Below are positions 53,909 through 64,000 of a stretch of DNA of 64,000 nt, piece after piece. Source of the stretch: Octopus bimaculoides (taxonomy: Eukaryota); NCBI RefSeq assembly GCF_001194135.2, contig NC_068989.1, positions 65,710,681 to 65,774,680 on the forward strand, in the 5' to 3' direction. Positions within the stretch are counted from its first letter, which is position 1, and the number at the start of each line of letters is the position of its first letter. A model generated the notes under the pieces. The model saw only the letters and a program-made list of their open reading frames with translations. It was not told the DNA's origin and searched no databases. A program made the translations under genes and the position numbers.

Positions 53909-54774
53909 TTCGTTTTTGTATTAAAAGTAATAAAATCCCGCTAATAATCATAACCAAAACGTATTTAAACAAAAAGAAAACAATACTCTGAATAAAAAGC
54001 ACAGTTAAAATTTCCTTCAGACACAGTAAAAAAATACAATTTTACTTTCTCTTCACTGAAATACATCGGAGTGACGATGTAAGGGAGGTAAGTCAAAGTT
54101 ATCTACGATGTGTTCTTTCCCCTGAATAGTTTCACTGCTACTGATTTTAATAAATGAATGTGTCTGATCTTTTATGAGATAGAGGAACAATACTATAGTA
54201 GCATTTTTGGTAACTCTTTACATTCTGAGTTCAAATAGCAGCAATGTCAGCGTTGTCTTTCCTTTTTTCCTTGGTTGATAAAACAAAATGACAGTCAAGT
54301 ACTGGAGAAGAAGGTTTCAACTAACTCCCTCCCGTCAAAAATTGTTGACCTTGTATTTCCATTAATACAACTGTTAGAGCGATGTAAAAAAAAAAATGCT
54401 TTCATACGGTAAATCGCCTGGCACTTTACATTCCGTGTTCAAATCCCATGGACATCAAATTTTCTATTCCCCCCTTTCTGAGTCGATCAAATAAATACTC
54501 GTCATGTACTGAGGACGAAGGTATCAATGAATCTACTACCCCATATTCAGGGCCTTGAAAGTCATCTAGAAACAGTTATCTCAGACTCTGGTCTGTTGTC
54601 GAGCTGTTCACCATCTTTATAGTCTTATTGATGTTATTGACCGGAAAGATTTTCGACCTTATAGATTATCGACATAAATCTTACTTTGTCATCGAATCTA
54701 GTTCTCGAACGATATAAGGTTCAAAATGACAGAAAAGGAGAGAAAAAAAGAAAATGCTTAATGCTTTATACTGC

Positions 54775-55250
54775 ACTGTGGCTGTGTGGTAAGTTTGCTT
54801 CCCAACCACATAGTTCCGGGTTCAGTCCCACTGCGTAGCACCTTCGGCAAATAAATGTCTTCTGCTATAGCCTCGGGCCGACCAAATCCTTGTGAGTGGA
54901 TTTGGTGAAAGGAAACTGAATGAAGCCCGTCATATATGTATGTGCATGTGTGTGCATGTGTGTATGTATGTGTGTGTGCATGTATGTATGTGTATGTGCG
55001 TGCGTATGTGCATGCGTGTGTGTCCGTGGGTGCGAGCGTGCATGTGTGTTCGTGCCTGTCCTCCCACCACCGCTTGACAACCGGCGTTGGTGTGTTTGCT
55101 TCTCCGGTTTAGGCAAAAAAAAAAACCGATAGAATAAGTACCAGGCTTTCTAAAAAATAATTACATTCTACTAAAAATTCATTCTACTAAAAATCCTCCA
55201 AGGCGGTGCCCCAGCACGGCTGCAGTCCAATATGTGAGACAAAACAAATA
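54775..55250 (+). mobile_element. SINE family A, complete
   Basis: gtggctgtgtggtaag...; internal (TG/TGCA) tract; aggcggtgccccagcacggctgcagtc. Confidence 0.9.
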
Positions 55251-55648
55251 AAATGTGAAAGATAAAATGTGAAGTATACACACAGATAGACATGCACGTA
55301 GATTCATTTACATGACGATTTCTGAGACCTGAACGAGATTGATCAACTCAAGATTACAACTGAATGTTCTCACTTAGGGACGTTGGTCCAATTCCCAGAC
55401 CGGACAACTTGTACCCTTCAGTAAGGCACTGTATTTCACATTGCCTTAGTCCACCCAACTGAACTTGAGTTCCAGTCAGTTGAATGTGGAGCTCTCCTTT
55501 CCTCCGATTGTCACATCCAGGGCCAAGAGTTAGAAGACGAAGAGGTTGTTTATATTTGCTTCAATATACGTACATATATTTCATAATAGATAAATAAATA
55601 TCTCATATACTATCACTCTCATTTTCTATCTTTCTCTCTGTCTGACTG

Positions 55649-55724
<76 letters not shown>

Positions 55725-56452
55725 ACTCTCTTGTGTATGTTAGTGTGTGTGCGTGTATGACTGTTTGTATTTGTGTATGTGTGTTTGCTGTGTGTTTCTC
55801 TATATATGTGCATGTGTGTGTGTGCATAAGCATTTGTGCGCGTATTCATCCCGGGTCCATTGGTTCGAAGTCTCCCCTTTTTTCCTTTTGTCTTCGAGAG
55901 ACTGCAAAAGTTCAGTGGTGTTTTAATTCTTCTTGTGATTAAAACCACTAAATCCAAAATGTTCTCTAAGTCATCCTCTATCAATAAATTCCAGATTATA
56001 AGCTTCTTAGCGCTCTCAATTTTCCCATTACCCTTCGCAAATACTTATCATGTCTAAGAATCCTTGTTTTGTCAAATCGTTTTTCCCAGTCTTTGTATCA
56101 GACATCTGGCGAATATTTCAGATATTAACATGAAATAATGCGACTGTCTCAGATGTGTGGATGTATTACTAATCTAATAGGATATTATCCTGAATCCTTC
56201 CTTGCTATCATGAAACTCACTGACCTCTCTGTGAATGTGTGTGTAAGTGCGTACCTCTGTGTAAGTGTGTCTATGTATGTGCGTGCATGCGTGTGTTTCG
56301 TATGTGTTGGTGTATCTCTTAATATTCATATGTCTATGTATGTTCGTGTATGAGTTTGTACGCGTGTGTGTGTGTATATATGCCATTTTTTTTTTTTTTT
56401 TGCTTTCTTTCTGTTTTTTTTTTTTGGCAGTAATGTAAATATCTTAAAGAAT

Positions 56453-56915
56453 AGGCGCAGGAGTGGCTGTGTGGTAAGTAGCTTGCTTACCAACCACATG
56501 GTCTCGGGTTCAGTCCCACTCTTGGGCAAGTGTCTTCTACTATAGCCTCGGGCCGACCAAAGCCTTGTGAGTGGATTTGGTAGAAGGAAACTGAAAGAAG
56601 CCCGCATTATNNNNNNNNNNNNNNNNNNNNNNNNNNNNNNNNNNNNNNNNNNNNNNNNNNNNNNNNATATATATATATATATACGTATGTATGTATGTGT
56701 GTGTTTGTGTGTCTGTGTTTGTCCCCCCAACATCTCTTGACGACCGATGCTGGTGTGTTTAGGTCCCTGTAACTTAGCGGTTCGGCAAAAGAGACCGATA
56801 GAATAAGTACTAGGCGTACAAAGAATAAGTCCTGGGGTCGATTTGATTCGACTAAAGGTGGTGCTCCAGCATGGCTGCAGTCAAATGACTGAAACAAGTA
56901 AAAGAGTAAAAGAGT
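56453..56915 (+). mobile_element. SINE family A, complete, gap in the internal microsatellite
   Basis: aggcgcaggagtggc head through gaaacaagtaaaagagtaaaagag end. Confidence 0.9.
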
Positions 56916-57470
56916 AATATCTTTCATACCAGGTTAATCAGTTATAATACCTTTGAAACTAATCACAGCCAATCATATCCCATCGCTGTATCTTCCGACA
57001 TCATTGGACTGTTGCCGAGTCGGAAATAAAAGTTCCTGTGTTACACATCAGAAAATCCTTGTCTTGTGTTTAACATGATATATTTACTAATTAACTAGAT
57101 TAGCCTCTTACTGACAGGACGTTTCATTGCAACGTTAACTGAAAAAGCTGTCTGTCTCGCCACGAAAGTTTAATTTAGAACTCAGCAATCCCACCAAACA
57201 CACAGCTAATAGCTTATTATTGTCACAATCATTTTTCACCTTAGACAAAGGCAGTATTCTACATTGGCAGTCTTTCAACTGTTTCTCATACAGGAACGGC
57301 AGAATTTTAATAATGTTCAACATAATGTTCAGGGAACTATATACACTACTGGTACAAGGAGCAAATATAGAAAAAAATTCTTGAGATGGACGACAGATCT
57401 GCTAGAAATATCAACCAAATCACATCCAAAAGATAATAGGTTATTTTTCACTACTGTATTCTATGTGTGT

Positions 57471-57855
57471 GGAGGCGCAATGGCACAGCGGTTAGGGCAG
57501 CGGACTCGCGGTCATAGGATCGCGGTTTCGATTCCCAGACCGGGCGTTGTGAGTGTTTATTGAGCGAAAACACAGCTCCACGAGGCTCCTGCAGAGGATG
57601 GTGGCGAACCCTGCTGTACTCTTTCACCGGAGCTTGCTCTCACTCTTATTTCCTGTTTCTGTTGTGCCTATAATTCAAAGGGTCAGCCTTGTCACACTGT
57701 GTCACCCTGAATATCCCCGAGAACTACGTTAAGGGTACACGTGTCTATGGAGTGCTCAGCCACTTGCATGTTAATTTCACGAGCAGGCTGTTCCGTTGAT
57801 CGGTTCAACTGAAACCCTCAACGTCGTAAGCGACGGAGTGCCAACAATAACAACT
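57471..57855 (+). mobile_element. SINE family C, complete
   Basis: A-box tggcacagcggtt, B-box-like ggtttcgattcc, (CAA)-type tail. Confidence 0.9.
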
Positions 57856-58194
57856 CTATGTGTGAATACGAAAACGAATAAACAAATATATGAATAACTA
57901 AATGAACACGGAAGTACCATTCTTAGAATATCTTTAATCATAGCTATAGGTTTATGCGGTCAGATCTAACGCAGAGTTATCAATAGCAACATCATCAATA
58001 TCATCATTATCATCGCGATTACCAGCACCAGCACCAACATCAGCAGCACCACCAGCACCACCACTACCACCACCACTACCACCACCAACAGCAGCAACAA
58101 CAACAACCACCACTACCACAACAGCAAAATCAACAACAAAAACAACAACAACACTAATAATAATAATGATGTGATGATGATGATGATGGTGATG

Positions 58195-58235
<41 letters not shown>

Positions 58236-58240
<5 letters not shown>

Positions 58241-58452
58241 CGGGCTGATTACTACCTAGCTCAGATACCAGGAAACCCCAAAATGGCTGAAGTTCAAAAG
58301 ATAGTGCTCATGGGAACTGCCCATAGACGTAAAATACTGTCTATGTGATCTCATATTTTAAAGCAAACACATAATTTTCTTATGGTTTCTTAAACATTCA
58401 CTTGAACAAAACTGTACAAATCCAAATATATGATACCCTAGGCATAACACCT
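58236..58452 (+). mobile_element. R4/Dong-like LINE 3' end, heavily 5' truncated
   Basis: PGNPKMAEVQKIVLMGTAH-like ORF end directly after (TAA)n. Confidence 0.75.
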
Positions 58453-58986
58453 NNNNNNNNNNNNNNNNNNNNNNNNNNNNNNNNNNNNNNNNNNNNNNNN
58501 NNNNNNNNNNNNNNNNNNNNNNNNNNNNNNNNNNNNNNNNNNNNNNNNNNNNNNNNNNNNNNNNNNNNNNNNNNNNNNNNNNNNNNNNNNNNNNNNNNNN
58601 NNNNNNNNNNNNNNNNNNNNNNNNNNNNNNNNNNNNNNNNNNNNNNNNNNNNNNNNNNNNNNNNNNNNNNNNNNNNNNNNNNNNNNNNNNNNNNNNNNNN
58701 NNNNNNNNNNNNNNNNNNNNNNNNNNNNNNNNNNNNNNNNNNNNNNNNNNNNNNNNNNNNNNNNNNNNNNNNNNNNNNNNNNNNNNNNNNNNNNNNNNNN
58801 NNNNNNNNNNNNNNNNNNNNNNNNNNNNNNNNNNNNNNNNNNNNNNNNNNNNNNNNNNNNNNNNNNNNNNNNNNNNNNNNNNNNNNNNNNNNNNNNNNNN
58901 NNNNNNNNNNNNNNNNNNNNNNNNNNNNNNNNNNNNNNNNNNNNNNNNNNNNNNNNNNNNNNNNNNNNNNNNNNNNNNNNNNNNNN

Positions 58987-59245
58987 AAAACAGAAACAAT
59001 TCCTATCATAGTAGGTGCCTTAGGTATAATAAAAAAATATTCAGACAAATACATAACAAAAATAGCAGGACTTACAAATATATATAACATACAGAAAATT
59101 GCACTACTGGGTACTGCATACATCCTACGCAAAACACTTTCAATACAGTAAACATAAGAGCACCACAGCAAACCACAGCACATACCCAAGGCGCACAGAG
59201 CTGCGCTCGGTAGTGAAGTGAAAGCACGTTATAAAAATAAAACTA

Positions 59246-59300
<55 letters not shown>
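58987..59300 (+). mobile_element. R4/Dong-like LINE 3' end with (TAA)n tail
   Basis: KTETIPIIVGALGIIKKYSDKY...LRKTLSIQ*; nearly identical to the reverse complement of 8113-8350. Confidence 0.9.
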
Positions 59301-59303
<3 letters not shown>

Positions 59304-59443
59304 TTAATAATAATTGCAATAATATTGATATGAACTACAATAAAGATTCCTAAAGAGAACAGCAACAAGGAAAACCTTTCTCGTCACCAATAATTCATTG
59401 TTGACGACATACATTGAAGAGATCTACGCAGAACAACTTGCCT

Positions 59444-59530
<87 letters not shown>

Positions 59531-59624
59531 CTGTGTGTATCTGTGTGTTTATGTGTGTGTGTTTATGTGTGTATATATATATATATATATATGTACATAC
59601 ATATATATGTATATATATATACAT

Positions 59625-60110
59625 TTATATAATAAAGCTCAACATCTGTGTGTCTATGTGTCTGTACATCTATAGGACGAAAGGAAATAGAAAATACATA
59701 GAAACAAAGTATACGTTATGTAAAATGTATGTATTATATATATAATAAAGCTCAACGTCTGTGTGCCTGTGTGTCTGTACATCTATAGAACGAAAGGGAA
59801 TGGAAGATACATAAAAACAAAGCATGTGTTCTCATGTAAAATTTTAGGAGAAAGACGATGAGCTACATAAAATTTACTTTGCATTGCGATAGGGGGCTTA
59901 AAGGAAGGCAAATACCCCCCATGACATTTCAAATACCTCTGATCTCAATGAAAATAACAACATAAATACTGAATGAAGACGATTCCCAAAATTTCACTAT
60001 CTTACACTATTATTTAACCCACCCAATGGTGTTTATGACACGGAAGAGAACCACTTTGAAAGTGCAAATACATCTAATTTTCATGTAAGATACATACAAT
60101 TTAAGTATGT
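59625..60110 (+). mobile_element. Possible Helitron/Helentron-like non-autonomous element with duplicated 5' segment
   Basis: tatataataaagctcaac(a/g)tctgtgtg twice about 115 bp apart; internal ctgatctcaatgaaa motif. Confidence 0.35.
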
Positions 60111-60155
60111 TTTCTTGGAATAAGTGTACTACAAACCTTCAACAATGCATATCTC

Positions 60156-60224
<69 letters not shown>

Positions 60225-60312
60225 GGAGAATGTACGAAAAAAACAACAGACGAGGACAGGTGGTGTAAACAACAAAAGGATGTATTAGTTTAACGCTCGG
60301 GAATAGAGAAAG

Positions 60313-60349
60313 TCTTTAACGTTTCGAGCTACGCTTTTCAACAGAAAGA
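60313..60349 (-). ncRNA. Minimal type I hammerhead ribozyme-like motif (Penelope type), variant core
   Basis: UCUUU CUGUUGA A AAGC GUA GCUC GAAA CG UU AAAGA; stem I UCUUU/AAAGA is perfect; stem II has one mismatch. Confidence 0.55.
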
Positions 60350-60986
60350 ATAAGGAGAAAACAAGGAGAAAAACAAGGAGAAAAAAAATTTGAATGTTGT
60401 GGTCAGCGATCTATCATGCATATACATGTATATATACACATACATGTATATATATATGTATATAATTTTAAAATAGGATACAATCTTTATAAGAATTTAT
60501 CAAGTAGTTCGCGTGGAAAACCTCATAAGAGGAAAATATATGAATTATTCCCTTTAAATATATTTGTTTATATTAATGGCATTACAATACGTAAATGCCT
60601 CACGCTTGGAGGGACTCTTAAAGTCAAAACTACCATAATAAACACAAAAACATGATAAACCATTTTTGGCCGTACGGCTTTTTTATGTTGTTTTCACTGT
60701 CCAATTTTTCCTGTCTTGGTTACGTTTGCCACCTTGGAATCCTCTGTTTAGTTGGCTGATCCACTACTCAGGAAGAGACTATTCTAGAGTACGTCCTGCC
60801 TTATCTTCGAAACGTCGAGTTAGAATAGAGGCAGCTGAGGAATAATTCCAAGTGGCTTTCTGTTTTCCTATGTGTTCGTTCCGTACCCTGATACGCATCT
60901 ATATACACATGTAGATGAAAGTATATACATATATTTGTGTATATATGCATATATATTTTTTGTATTATATATATATATATTTGTTG

Positions 60987-61041
<55 letters not shown>

Positions 61042-62484
61042 CATGTATTTGTTGAGCGCCTGATAATACAGGTCTTGTACCACTTCCTCGTAGCATTGTT
61101 TCCTCTTGCTTGTTCTTCTTTGGGTGGATTCACTATATATATACATATATATACATATATACATATATATATACATATATACATATATATCATTTTACTT
61201 AAATTTCAAAATTAGATTTATAGATAAAAATCCCATCTCCGATTTCTAGTTGATACATATCTATACATGTATATATAGATGCACACACAGAATATCACAT
61301 CTTCACACACACACACACACAACTCCCTCTCTTTCTCTCTTCCTCTCACTTTCACTCTGACTATTTCTCTCTCACTACCTCTTTGTCCCTCCTCTGTATC
61401 GAAAAGTAAAAGTAACATCGAAAATTTACTGTGGTTATTTCTCTTTGGTTTAACAATTTGTCGATGTACTTATCTATCTACTTGTGTTCCGTATAGATAT
61501 GTGTATATCTATCTATAAACACACAGGGAATGTCACACGTTCACACACAAACACACACTTTCTATCACTTCTCGCTCTCTCTCCCTCTCTCTCTCCCTCT
61601 CACTCTAACTCTTTCTCTCTCACTACCTCTCTATTCCTCCTCTTATATATTATATGAAGAGCATAACAGACGGACGAACTAAGGAAGGAACAAGCAGAAT
61701 TAATATGATACTTAGACATAAACTTAGAGCTATCACCACGAGTCATAGGACTCGTACAACCGGGTCTTTATCCGGTTTACACGGTATATACGTAACCGTG
61801 ATTACAAGACACCCCTCTGAACGGGAACCCGACCCTACACAGAGTTAACTTCCCAGCTGGAACTCATTTACAACTGACTGGGTTACAATCAGTTTTCCCG
61901 AAGGAACAAAAAATACTAGTTTGATGTAAAAAGTTTGGTAAATTTGTTTTAATTTTAGTGAATTCACGCGGGACTTCTCACCAAGAAAATATCGTTCATT
62001 CCATCTCTACGTAGGTAGTTGGAAGCCAAAATAGAAAGAAAAATATTGAACTATTTCCCCGACAGCAGTCAATATTGATTGTAAATATGAGGTTAAATGT
62101 TTGGCTTATTACCCGCCTGTCGAAGTCAATTATCTTATATCCAGCAAACAGAATACACAATTATAAGAATTATAAATAATTAACACTCACTGATTCCTGA
62201 AATAGCAAATATAAGTTTACGTAAATCATGTAAATAGCTTTGTTTAAAACTCCATAGAGACGGGTTCAAGCTCAGACACACATACATGCACTTACGCACA
62301 TATACACAGGTATTACATACTCACTCATACACAGGTATTACATATTCACTCATACAAAACTCAATCAGTGAACACAGTAACAAATAACAATTCACAGTTT
62401 GTATTCTGTGGCTAGTGGTATATAGATATAATACATGGTAGGATAATTATTTGCAAGAAAAGTCTAACTATAAGAAAAATACAT

Positions 62485-62750
62485 TATTTACATTATTTAC
62501 ATTTGAAGGATATTTGTCTTCATCTTGTTTGTTTTTAACACAACATTTCGGCTGATATACCCTCCAGCCTTCATCAGGTGTCTTGGGGAAATTTCGAACC
62601 TGTGTTCTCATTCCTAAGGTATTTTTCGATATTATTATTATTATTATCATTATTATTAATATATTATTATTCAGGTCACTGCTTGGAATCAAACTCAGAA
62701 TCTTGGGGTCAGTAGCCGGCGCTCTTAATCATTACGCCATATACCCGTGG
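62485..62750 (-). mobile_element. Composite element: tRNA-like head, (TAA)n, hammerhead-bearing tail, terminal TGTAAATAA repeats
   Basis: Head TGGCGTAATGATT...GAGTTTGATTCC (62668-62750); second colinear copy at 28421-28645. Confidence 0.75.
62537..62582 (-). ncRNA. Minimal type I hammerhead ribozyme-like motif
   Basis: GACAC CUGAUGA A GGCUG (GAGGGUAUAU) CAGCC GAAA UG UU GUGUU; core CUGAUGA and GAAA intact; stems I and II pair. Confidence 0.65.
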
Positions 62751-64000
62751 AAAAATCTAGCTATAGATTAGAAATGATAGATTCGTAGTTTTGATTATTT
62801 TCTACCCGGATGACAATTCAGAAAATGGCATTCAGACCTGAACCTATATAGTTTTGATTTTCTGAAAATATTTGCTTCATACTAACAAGAACGCACATGC
62901 CTGCACTTTAAAGCAGATACAAACACATGCATACGTTTTTATATATGCATTTATACATATACATGCATGTATGTAGGTATGTATGTATGTATGTATGTAT
63001 ATATATATATATATTCAGACACACATACGTATACATAACCATATTTATACAGATATACACACTTATATACCTGCATACATATGTGATTGTGTATGTATGT
63101 CTGTGTATGTATATAATCAGGTGGGATATAGCACATATCGTGTGGAGAGTTAAGATCATGTTTTGATTAATCGGAATGAACCTCAGATTGAAAACCAAAA
63201 TGTCACTCGCTAACGTCAATGACGTTTCGTTTAAGAAATTCAAGGGAGAGAATTGCATCATTTAAATTAATATATAAGCACAGTATGGAGATAAAGGACA
63301 ATTATTTTTATTAAATCATGGAGCAATCTTGAGAAGATGTAGTGTGTTGTGAGAAATATTCAAGATTAAGAACTTCCCAAAAGTACATTCTACAGGTTGT
63401 TCTGCCTAACATAATGAGTGTAATGAAGAGAAAATCTATATACTCAACGAGTAGTCAGCATAAAGATGTACAAAGTTTCATAGATCTTTTTCTTCAGGGA
63501 GGTCCAGGAAACATGAATTTGAGAAAAATGTCATTGTGATAGAAATCAAACAGTCTCATTCTGTCCTTTTAATTTTCAATCAGTTTGAATTTCGAACATA
63601 TCGTACATACCAACAAAGAAAAGTCCTTACAAAGAAAAGGCATTATTCTTCTACTGTTTCTTTATCCTCTAACCATACTTACATCTGCTTTGGCATTGAT
63701 TCTATATTTGCCTCCTCCATCTCTTCACAATTTATCTTCATTTTTATCGTTATTTATATTCTTCTTTCCTCCCAATATAAGAAAAACACAAAGCCTGACA
63801 GACACACAGTGTAAAAGCGCACCTTTGATGTAGGTTTGAAGACGTGCCACTCTGATGTTTAAAACCGCCAATATTACGCACGTTTTCACTTGGATCTTTT
63901 GCGGAACTGGCGTTGAAAACAGAGTTAGTACAGAAAAAACTGGAATTGGTCGTTGAAGATGTGAATAAATCTTTCCCTATGTTCTTATTTGGATTATATA

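Noticed and set aside
57471-57545. tRNA-like heads of the SINEs as real tRNA genes
   Set aside because: They lack a complete cloverleaf and continue into multicopy SINE bodies.

Overview
This is AT-rich, repeat-dense eukaryotic DNA from a draft assembly with 22 N-gaps, most of them bordered by microsatellites. It is not prokaryotic. The SINE families and very high microsatellite load resemble an octopus (cephalopod) genome; that is pattern recognition, not a database result. Nearly all ORFs in the supplied track are microsatellite or gap artefacts. The window is mostly intronic or intergenic and contains: three or more tRNA-derived SINE families; decayed R4/Dong-type RLE LINE fragments sitting in TAA tracts; two maT/Tc1-mariner transposase remnants; a Tc1-type MITE; a Helentron-type HINE; a Penelope GIY-YIG fragment; and several foldback elements. 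Host-gene evidence is limited to a convincing start-codon exon on the minus strand (26232-26391) and a probable 54-nt exon (19477-19530). Weaker plus-strand exon candidates also exist. The two most interesting observations are: (1) a composite family with a tRNA-like head, (TAA)n spacer and minimal hammerhead-ribozyme tail (62485-62750 and 28421-28645), with other hammerhead-like motifs nearby whose stems differ in sequence but keep pairing; and (2) a 43/45-nt inverted repeat that would sequester the 3' splice site of the 54-nt exon in dsRNA. Repeat boundaries were estimated by eye and are approximate.
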